The notes beneath the pieces were generated by a model. It worked only from the letters and a program-made list of their open reading frames with translations, was not told where the DNA came from and did not search any database. From NCBI RefSeq assembly GCF_018350175.1, contig NC_058368.1:27096001-27160000 (forward strand): a stretch of 64,000 bases of DNA. The letters run 5' to 3'. Shown in pieces: positions 53,751-64,000 of this stretch. Origin of the DNA: Felis catus (taxonomy: Eukaryota). Position 1 is the first letter of the stretch; every line of letters starts with the position of its first letter. A program made the translations under genes and the position numbers.

Positions 53751-56700
53751 TCACCATGGGGATAGAGAGACTCTGAGAAATAATGACAAGTTTGATATAT
53801 GTCAAGACAAAGTACAGAGTCCTATAAGATAATACCGTAGGAAGCCTAATCTTCTGCGAGGTGTGGGAATGTTTCCTAGAGAAAGCAGTGACCTAAATGA
53901 CAAGTGGATTGGGTTTTAAAAGCAAAAGGAGAGATTATATGCTCCCTTCCTCTCCCAGTTTGAAACCCGTAAATAGCTTCTATTGTCCTGTGACAGAAGT
54001 TCATGTTAAGGATTTGGGGCTAGCCTAAGTAGAGAAGTGATAGGATTAGATATGCGATTCTTAGAAAAACAATTACGCCGACTGCTTTTAAGATCCTGTT
54101 TTCTTCTGCTCTTAATATTTTCCCCTGAGTTGTCTGTTTTACATTGAAGAAAATAGTTTATGTTCCATCAATGCTTCTCTCATAAGTGTCCCATTAGACC
54201 ACGAGGTCAATACACTTCAGTGGACAGTAAATTCGTCCATTTTTTTTCTTTGTAGTCTTTAGGGACTTACATATTACAATATATGCTAAGATGTGCTTTC
54301 TTAATTCTCCCAGGCCACTAACCTCTGGTTTCAGTCAAGGTGTGTCCTCACCCCTGGTACCCATAGCAGACTGTCATGCCACCTCTGTGGGTTGATTTTA
54401 CAGAAGAGGAAACTGGCATAAAATTCCAAATGGCTAGGCCGCCATCTGGCACTGTGCTAAGTTCTTGAGGAATCTGCATTTTATTCTTCTGATGCCAGTC
54501 CTGGTCCCGCTGTTTTGAGCTGCTGGGATAAACCAGAACTTGCCAGTAACCACAGTGTAAAAGCACCCCATAACACGAGCCTCTCAAGAAGAGTTTAAAG
54601 AATGACGGTTCAACAGGAAGGCAGAGGCGCTTCTTAGGAACAATCGAACAAAACTGATTTTAGATGGGTTGAAAGACACGGACCGAATATGGTCCTTACT
54701 GAAGTCTTCTCTGTCACTTACGTCTCTCCAGAGAGTAGCTGATGGCCTTCCATTTTTGGAGGGTAGGGTTGGGAACAGTAGTGCGGTTACCTGTGATTTA
54801 CCTGGTTTGTTTTATGAAAACAGGCTAAGTCCGGCAAACTTTCAGTCTTATCTCTATTTTCAGACCCTGCTTTGCAGAGGGTCTGAATTTCCATGAGGGA
54901 AGAGAAAAGAACATGCCGCTTTGACTAGGCTACATTTCACATTTCTATCACATTTCAGTGTGATATCTAGTTTCTAGAGCATTAAGTGAGTGTACGCATA
55001 ATGCAATTAAGCGTTTCTCAACATAGTGGCCAGTCTTTGTGGAGGAACTTGAATAACCTGGATCTTCCACACCCTGTGTCGCAATGTTGTGAATCCGTGG
55101 AAATACCCGTGCTGCGATTCTTGACGGAGAAAGTCCCCTACTATGATAAAGCATGTTTGTAGGAAACCAGCGGTTTCTCTGCTGAGAACTCAAGCATAAC
55201 AGGTGTTTAAATAGCACAGATGCCCTGCCTGGGTTTAAAGTTGAAAATGTAAGTGTATGTGTTAGTCAGCTGTGGAAGTGTTACAACTCGAGCGTCCTCC
55301 CACCTCTCATGATTTTGGTTTATAGTCAATTACAAAGATGAAACACTTTGGAAATAGCATGCCGGACGCACACATTAAATCATTTTCATTCATGTCTTCT
55401 GAGCACTGATTTTAACCCAAAACATTAATTTCAGTAGAAATGGATGTATTGCACATTGGAGGTCAAGTTAATAGAGTGGGTACGTGCCAGTGAGCACTCA
55501 GGCTGAAAGGACCCTTGCATTTGCAGAACTCGGTGACGATATTGCACTTTTTCTAATTGGATGGGAAAAGCTGGTTCGTGGTTCACTGTGTTGATGAGCA
55601 TCTTTATAACCTTTTAAGACCCCTACCTATCTGAAAAGTCCTTCACACGGGCTCTTGTTTTTCCCTACCAGATTGACACACATAATATTACATTTTAAAT
55701 AGCACTTAGCCTGTCATATGCAGCATTAGCTTTGAAGATTTGCGGTCCATGTTCTAATTTTGAGGGGAAAAATCGGTTAAAGGACAGGAGAAGTATGGCA
55801 GTTTGTGAACAAAATTCTTTCTGAGTTTCGCTTTCTGTTAGGGTCATCCACATCCTGTCACTAACCTCATTAGGTCAAGGGCTTAGAGGCATTTTCTGTA
55901 GAATTGGCATATGTTTTGGTGACAGTGGTACAACGTTTTAGCATCTCGACAGCGACTTTCTTTCCTGTTTTGGGTGGGGGGGAGAGGGGACAATCGTTTT
56001 CAAATACCTCTCATTTTTAGCTTACAAAATGAATATTGCTCAGCGCATTTTGCCTCGGGAAAGCCTTTAAAGCATTTTGGAGGTTGTCTCACCTCTCCCG
56101 AAAGTCAGAGACCTCCACAAACCCTCAGCAGCAGCTGTGAGACCCAAGCAGTTGAAGTCAACTTCTGTGGCAAGACCGCTTGTCTTTGGATGCTGTGCTT
56201 TCGTTTGTCCTAAACTTACCGGGCATCTGAGGCAAACAACATGCTACGGGTTTGAATCTTTAGGGAATGTTCCTTTCCTGGAGTGACCATGGGAGAAGAT
56301 AGGTTAATATTGAATGTGGACCGTGGAATGGAACCTCTGTAGCCAGGCCTGTCTGGGTAACACACTGGCAGGGCTGTGGCGCTCACTTGCATCTGGAATA
56401 GTTGATCAGCACTGGACAGATGCTGGTGAGAAATAGGTCGTCGTAGCAGTGGAGCATGAGAACGCACATGTTTCTTTATTCTTGCGGCGACAGGCGTTGC
56501 ATTTCATTCGTGCTAACTATGGAAATGTCACGCCCTCTTTGCAATATGAATACGTGCATGATAGCAAGCCTTGGCAGCCTCCAGAGGTAAAAACCAAACT
56601 GGCTGCAGAGGACTCATACAACCCCATTTCCATGGTACAGATAATTCTCTCAACATTACAGAATGGAACTGGTGGGGGAAGGGGGGCGCGTAAGAGTGCA

Positions 56701-58141
56701 TGGGGTTCGAATACACACATTCCTGAGTGCCTTCTTAGTTGCAGACACCCAGAAGGACGCCAATTCACAGGGGTCCATCAGTCTTGTGAAAGGAGAAGTC
56801 ACTGAGATAAGAAAAATGAGCAGCATGAGGACAGGAAGCAGTGACATTCAATGAGTCCTTGTCACCAGCAGTCATTAGCATGCAAGCCTGCTGTTAGTTT
56901 TTCATGCTTTATGCGATTTCCTTGACCAAGCAGAGAGCCTTTGGAACGCTAGTAGCAGTTAATATCACACAAGTTATTGTTTCTTTCTGGAATGCCTTAT
57001 ATTTTTTAGTACCAATGAGGTCCTTCTGTGTCCCCATGTGCCTCTAAAATTTTAAAGAGAATCAAAGAATGCATAATTTATATCTGTCCCAGAGGTAATG
57101 GAGTGACTCAGTGATATCTATGAAGGGATGATTTTAAATTTCATGTCTTATGCAAGAGGTGATTTTTATGTGAAAACTGCAAGAACTGGCCTCAGGGATA
57201 ACCAGATAATTATCCCTCTAACAGCAGGGCTAGATTCCAGGGGGATTATGGCTGAAAGCTATGGTGTGTCAGCTTTGCCCTTGTGAATCCTGGTTGCCAC
57301 AATGGAACACATAGCAACTGATTGCACTGCATGGAACACGTCTTACCTCTGCCTCTGGAGAGTGCCTGTTGGAGACCTGTGTCTCAAAAGGCAGGTGAGC
57401 AGAGATTTCCTGTGCAAGAATTCAGGACAAGGCTGAGTGAGATTTCTGTTTACAGAAACAGCAGGGGAAAAAAAAAAAAATTGCTTTCTCTGTTCCTGAA
57501 GGCACTCACTGATGAATCAGATAAAACCCATTAGTCCTTAAGCCCCCAGTGCGATGACCCACCCTGGATCATCATTGTTTTTCACTGAGCTCCCAGCGCT
57601 GAGACCCTCCTCCCCTCAGCCCCTGGTACATGGAATGTTGCAACCGGAGAGGTCTCAGAGCTTCCGAGGGACAAGAGAGCAAAATCATATTCTGCTGTCT
57701 TCAGCTTGGTTAAAAGTCTCCATTCTGTTCTTTGAGCCAAACCATTTTTAGCATTTGCTTTTAAGCATTTTGTGACTACTTATTTTTTTCTCTGGGAAAA
57801 TTTATGTGCAAAGGTACAAAGTCTTGTAATTTAGTTGGGGAAGAAGCTTGTATGGGGAAGAAGCATAGCATTCCAGCTGGTGGAATTGGAATTTTTTTCA
57901 GCTTGATTCTCTGTTGTTTATTTCTTGTTTGTCTCCATCTTTTTCTGTATGTCTGTTGGTGCATATATGTTTTATTTATGTAAATACAATTTATTTATAC
58001 ATAGACATCTTCATTGTATTGACCTCTTCCTCTCTCAGAGAAGGCTGCTGATAAGGTACCCTATAATCTCTTAATTTCTCTTCATCCTAGGAGACTTTTC
58101 TGCTGTATTACCCTGTTGACCACCTGCTTCTACTTGAAACA

Positions 58142-58145
<4 letters not shown>

Positions 58146-58188
<43 letters not shown>

Positions 58189-58411
58189 TTGCCAAGTTAG
58201 CTAACACAGTGTATACGGTGTGCTCTTGGTTTTGGGGGTAGACTCCCATGACCCATCACTTACATACAACACCCAGTGCTCATCCCAACAAGTGCCCTCC
58301 TCAGTGACCATCACCCACTTCCCTGCTCCCTGTCCCCCTCCCCCAGGCCCCTGTCAACCCTCAGTTTGTTCTCCGCATTCAAGAATCTCTTATGCTTCAC
58401 CTCCCTCTCTG
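58146..58411 (-). mobile_element. 5'-truncated feline L1 3' end with a long pure poly(A) tail
   Basis: uninterrupted T tract at 58146-58182, then tttattgccaagttagctaac...catcacttacatacaacacccagtgctcatc...accctcagtttgttctc; near-TSD ttga(a/c)acactc. Confidence 0.9.
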
Positions 58412-59329
58412 TTTGACACACTCCCTTTTGCTTTTGAGATGGTTCTGACCATGTAAAAGATCATTCCTTCTACTTGTCTCATAGACATATGGACAAGCAA
58501 ATGTTTAGAGGTTGACGAGAGGTATTTAGAGATTCCCTACTTCTACTTCAGATCTCAGACAAGGAATTCAAGGCCTCGCATTTCTTTATCACGTCTTTAA
58601 TAATCTCCTTGAGAGGTAGCTTTAAGGTGTGGATTCTCCTGCTTGAGCTCAGATCTAGTTGAGAAGCAAATGCCAGAGTCAGATGAGTGGAGCTCGCACC
58701 ATAGGTTGGCTACCAGTATGGATGAACTGGAGAATTTGGCATACGCCCAAGACCACATGGGCTTCTTAGTACAGCCCCATTGATATAAACTGACCTCTCC
58801 AGTACAAGCAGAGCTAGACAGCCTCAGCCCCCTGTGCCGTGGCAGGCAACTGAAAGCCTAACGACATAGGAGGTCCTGTATCTGCTATGAATTTAAGGGA
58901 ACGAGATGATAAGCTGGACAAGCTCGATTCCTTTTCCCAAACTCAAAAATCAGATAAATTACTCCTTGCCAGAAGGAAGTGAATGGGAAGGCTGAGATTG
59001 TATCTTCTTGTGAAATTGATGTTCCCTCCGTTCTATGGAAATATAAGGAATGGGGGGAGAGGCTAAGCATTCATCCCCAGTAGGAATTTTGGAACCATTT
59101 TCCTAAGGCCATCTTGCCCAAAATATAAAATATGTAAAATGTTGCCATGGGAAGACTAAAGTCCTTCCAGCTCTGCTCATTTGCTAATTCCTTCTCACCA
59201 GTCCTCTCCCTCCCTCTCTTCTTCCACTGCCCACCTGGGCGGCCACTGCTGGCATCATGCATAAGCCGTCTTTCATCCAGACTCCTACTGTCTGTAATGA
59301 GTCTGGATGAAAGACACTCATTCACTCTA

Positions 59330-59860
59330 GCCCACTGCAGTCTCTTTCTTCCTGGTCCTTCCCCTCCACTGAGATTGCTCGCGGTGATGTCTCACTTTTC
59401 CCTGTATTTGTCCCTCCAAGTTGTAAGATCCATCATCTCTGTGGTTTCCCTTCCACTCGATCATCAGGAGACGCTAACATGGTTGATACTCCTTCCTATT
59501 TTAATTTCTCAATGCCTTTGGCTTTGTAAGTGCTCCAGTTTCTTCGATATCTTATTCTTCCCCAAAGCCTTTCGGCAGTATTCTTTACCTTATCCATCCA
59601 TGGCTGCTGCTACTACCCGTATACTGATGACTCCCAGACGACTGCCTTCAGCTCCCACCCCTTTCTCCAGCTCTAGGCCCAGATCTCCTGACTTTCTTAT
59701 TTCTGCTGGAACCCATCTTATCATGGCTTTAAAATGTGGAGCTCTCCAACTTACAAATTAAATCTCATAAGAAAATCTGCTTCTATTCTCTAGCCCATCT
59801 CTTGGCCAATGTCATCAGTATTCCCTTCGCCTCCTGAACTGAAAACCTTGAGGGTACTCT
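59330..59860 (+). mobile_element. L2 fragment (degenerate)
   Basis: atactgatgactcccagac...ctctaggcccagatctcctgac resembles the L2 RT region. Confidence 0.5.
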
Positions 59861-61720
59861 CGGTTATATCCAGGGTGTCCTAAACTGTGTTGGATGCTAA
59901 GGAAACAGAGACAAATTGAGACAAAAATCCCTGCTCGCAACCAGTTCTCAGATATTAATTCGAACTCATTAACAGAGCACGAGACTGGTACAATGGTGAA
60001 CTGTTTATGGGAAAGGTAAAGAAGGGAATGACTCACTTTTCCCAGGGTGTGATGTGGGGTAATTGGTGAACTGGGTTTGTAGAACCACGCTGGAGTTTGT
60101 CAAGCAGATGAAAAGGCAAAAACACCCTGCTAAAAGAAAACAAAAAACCAAAAACAATGGAAACTAATTAAGAACATAGAAACTAATTTGACAATAAATT
60201 TCATATAATAATAATAAAAAAAAGCAAACACAAAAAAACCTCGAACTGGAAACATCACGATGTGGTCAGGGAGCTACGAGGGGCACACTCTCAGGGAGTG
60301 AGCACTGGCAGCAGGTGAAACTCCTCCAGGGTGGTGAAGGCCAGATGGAGAAAGATGGTTTGTTCACTGCTGAGGAGCTTGCCCTTTCTACCCCATGCAA
60401 AAGATTGTCATAAAGGAAGAGGCGTTGTTTCCATATGCCCCTCCGTGCCGAAAGGCGGGGGGACTCTTTTTTTGCTGGAGTGTCTTCTACCCAAGCCTAT
60501 GGATTACAACGAAATCAAAGCTTTTAAGATCTGTGGGCCAAAAAAGGGGGAACAGGAGAATAGAAAACAGAGAATAATTAGTGAATTGATTAATGCAGGG
60601 ATCCTGGTTGAATATCTGGGGTCTGTCTCTCTCTCTCTCCATCCCTCCCTCCCCTCCGTTCATCCATCCATCCAATTTATTTATCTGTCTGCCATGACTG
60701 GTTTTTATATGCTTGTGTGGTGTATTTCGTAAGAGAGCCCAATGAGAATGAGGAACCAGGGATGAGAAGAGCAAACATGATCTAATACTATTATAGAAAA
60801 AGGTCATTTTATTAGCACTGTGGCTTGGAAAGGGGTGATAATGTAGGCCGGAAGAATCCTTAAAGAACTACTGAAGTATTCCTGATGAAAGGTTAAGTGA
60901 GCAGATGAATAAATGAAGGAATACATTTATATCTAAGGGCACACAGCTATTTACTGCCTGTTACCTGTGGGTTTTTTTTTTTTTTAAGCTTTTCTTACAA
61001 AGAGACCCCAGCCACGGTGCATAGAATCGTTGTTTCACTAAACATTTATCGATTACCTACAGGTGCTGTAAGTCCTGGGGATCTGACAGACTTGTGTTCA
61101 TAAACGGACAGCATGAAATCATTAGATTGCACTTTCCCATCATACCAGCCTCAGGATTCTTCTTAGCAGACCCTTCAGCAGCCGCCGCTAATAGATCAAA
61201 ATTGGCTTTCGCAATGAAGTCTGTTTGCCTTTCTCTGTCTAGTCTCATCAATACAATGAGGTTTAAAAACTTAATGATTGCAGTGAGGAAAATAATAATT
61301 ACACTAATGGACTGAAATCAACAGACTAATGTAGGAACTTGAATTTTGGCAGACCCAGAAAAACACAAGTTTTAGGACTTGCTGTGGGTGAAAGAGCAGC
61401 CAAGGCGAGACTGGTAACGGTCTGGGTGCGTTATTTTAGGAGTTTCGTTCTTTCTTATTCATGTCACTCTCTCTTCTTTCAACTTACGATCTGACTGGAG
61501 CCTTATTTAGGAGCTTAGGTAGAATGGGCAGATCTCACAAAATGTTTCCCGGAAAAGGTTAAGGTTCGTTTGGTTGAAGTATGATTTTTCTCTCTCTTAG
61601 TGACAGAAATGGCCAGAGGAGTCTCTGACTTTCTTCCAAAGGCACCCCGACACATTTGCTGAGGACAGCGCTTCATTCTAAAACGCTGAAATTTTGTTTC
61701 CTATATGAGCGCATGTTCTT

Positions 61721-62170
61721 TTTTTTTTTTAACGTTTATTTATTTATTTATTTTTAATTTTTTTTTCAACGTTTATTTATTTTTGGGACAGAGAGAGACA
61801 GAGCATGAACGGGCGAGGGGCAGAGAGAGAGGGAGACACAGAATCGGAAACAGGCTCCAGGCTCTGAGCCATCAGCCCAGAGCCCGACGTGGGGCTCGAA
61901 CACTCGGACCGCGAGATCGTGACCTGGCTGAAGTCGGACGCTTAACCGACTGCGCCACCCAGGCGCCCACGTTTATTTATTTTTGAGACAGAGAGAGACA
62001 GAGCATGAAGGGGGGAGGGGCAGAGAGAGAAGGAGACACAGAATCGGAAGCAGGCTCCAGGCTCTGAGCCATCAGCCCAGAGCCCCACGCGGTGCTCGAA
62101 CTCACTGAGTGTGAGATAGTGACCTGAGCTGAAGTTGGACGCTTAACCGACTGCGCCACCCAGGCGCCCC
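61721..62170 (-). mobile_element. CAN-SINE (outer copy, interrupted)
   Basis: body at 61969-62170, tail remnant at 61721-61744; TSD tatga(g/a)cgcatgttctt at 61704-61720 and 62171-62187. Confidence 0.95.
61745..61968 (-). mobile_element. young CAN-SINE nested in the tail of the outer SINE
   Basis: TSD acgtttatttatt at 61732-61744 and 61969-61981. Confidence 0.95.
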
Positions 62171-63214
62171 TATGAACGCATGTTCTTAACGCGCGTCGTT
62201 CTCCACGAACAGCGTGCTACGTACCAGCTGTTTCCGAAGGCTTCATGCGTGTCAGGGATTATCTTTTTGAGGCAAAGCATTTATCTGACACCTTTGGTCA
62301 AAATATTGTGGCTGTAGCCCATATGCTACCCGATTTAGCTGCAGTGTATAAATACTAGTACCAATTGTCAAAGAATTGAAAAAAGTGTTATTCGATCACA
62401 AAGAAAGATCTACCACCTATGAGTTTTTCATATTATGTTCCGAAAGTACAACGGGTCAGCATTTTTATAGTAGGAAAGCCTTTTCTGTGGTTTTTAGAGA
62501 CCCAAAGTAAACACTTTTAAATGTCAAAAAGCTTAAAAATCCAAACAGGCTGTAGTCTCATTAGAGAACAGACTGGCAAGAATTCACAAATTGAAATATC
62601 CTCCCATAAAATTTATTGTAAACAAGAAGTCAGGAAAAGGCATGGACGTAATTCAATAAATATCAGGCTCTGGGTTTCTATCTTCTTAAATTCAAAGATG
62701 TTTAAAGTTACATAATTGTACCCTGATACATGTTATCATGATTTACCAATCTTACCTTATAAATTCTGTTTCCCTTCCTTGCAGCTCTGACTGTGGGGGA
62801 GAAGAGTACACATGTAGATCAAGTGCTAATCCCTCCTCTGCAAGGTGCTATTATCTCTCTATACCTTAATTTCTCTCCTCCAAATTAGAGACATTTATGA
62901 TTCTCCTTTTCCTACTCTTCATAAGTATATAAAAATTAGTCACTGGACTATGTCTAGACAGGGGTAAAATTAACTCTAGGAATTATGTTTATTATTTTAG
63001 GTAACTTTAACCTTTTTTTAATGGACATAATTGTGTCCATTTTGAAGCATATAAACATTTTTTACAACTATTATATAAAGGTTACATAAAAGTAATAGAA
63101 CTCTTGGCTGAGGGTGATGTAATTTTTAAAACAATAATGGAGATAGAAATTTGCAAACAAATTGATGTGGAGGAAAGCACTAAATACTGATGTTGTATTA
63201 AAATGTGTTACTTT

Positions 63215-63424
63215 GGGGAGCCTGGGTGGCTCAGTCAGTTAAGTGGCCCAGGTCATGATCTCAATGTTCGTGAGTTTAAGCCCCACACCGGGCTCTGGGA
63301 TGACAGCTGGGAGCCTGGAGCCTGCTTCAGGTTCTGTGTCTCCCTCTTTCTCTGCCCCTCCCCTGCTCATGCCTCTGTCTCTCCCTCTTTCTCAAAATAA
63401 ATAAACTTTAAAATAAATGTTTTT
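63215..63424 (+). mobile_element. CAN-SINE (SINEC_Fc type)
   Basis: ggggagcctgggtggctcagtcag head; TSD aaatgtgttacttt at 63201-63214 and 63425-63438. Confidence 0.94.
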
Positions 63425-64000
63425 AAATGTGTTACTTTGATGACTCTTGAGAGTTAAGTGTAAGGAATATGCCCTGATACTGACTTTCCTGTCAAGGATT
63501 TGGATGTCACATGTTTTTTTTTTTTTTTTAATTCGAGCTTTCAGACCACGAATTATGCTATCAGGTTTTAGTTGTATTTTTCTTTCCATCTGTTCTGGTG
63601 AGTTTTAAAAAGTTCTTGGAGAGAACAATCAGAAATTGACATGAGGCACTTTGTTCAGATCATGAATAAACAAATTGATTTATTGGATGGAATAACATTT
63701 TCCATTGGCTGTGTCTACATTTAGGAGGATAGATTGTTTCATGCCTTCTTATTTAAGATGCTCTGGGCCTAATCACCAAAAAAAAAAAAATAATAACAGA
63801 CAGGACTTTAGACATAATAATTGGTGTAATAAAACAACTCCAGTAATAATAATGGCACGCCCTTACATTTTTACAGTACTCTATGATTTGACAATCATTT
63901 TCACACATACGAACATTTAAATTCATCTCATTTGGAATACAAGTGCAATTCAGTAAGTTATTAAGCTTTCAAAGATCTATACCTTCTCTTCTGAGAGTGG

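Noticed and set aside
54377..54455. CTCF-like motifs
   Set aside because: Only partial matches (missing the 5' CC of the core); not supportable without a PWM scan.
59147..59761. Longest ORF (204 aa)
   Set aside because: Low-complexity Leu/Ser/Pro translation of a pyrimidine-rich, partly L2-derived sequence; no recognisable domain.
61057..61251. Minus-strand ORF DFIAKANFDLLAAAAEGSAKKNPEAG as a coding exon
   Set aside because: No polypyrimidine tract at the candidate acceptors, and the peptide is not recognised.

Overview
Mammalian (felid, most likely cat-lineage) genomic DNA, identified from about 25 tRNA-derived CAN-SINEs of the SINEC_Fc type and carnivore L1 3' ends. I found no coding exon, gene or intact ORF that I can recognise, and the ORF track is essentially repeat and microsatellite noise. 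The window looks like a large intron or intergenic segment. It contains a decayed, near full-length ancient L1 (L1MC-like, about 13.4-19.35 kb, ORF1 apparently mostly deleted), many older L1ME/L2/MIR/CR1 fragments, MaLR LTRs (MLT1), hAT/Tc2 MITEs, microsatellites and several repeat-poor, enhancer-like blocks. The clearest non-obvious observations are: (1) a 25-nt tailless U6 snRNA 5'-fragment retro-insertion with a perfect 17-bp target-site duplication inside the old L1; (2) seven near-identical young SINEs all in the same orientation; (3) a SINE nested in another SINE; (4) a closely spaced inverted SINE pair; and (5) a 24-bp minisatellite born from an L2 3' end. I see no evidence for a novel multi-gene system, CRISPR array or foreign insertion. 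Repeat subfamily names are from remembered consensus sequences and need RepeatMasker/Dfam confirmation. Boundaries of old repeats are approximate.
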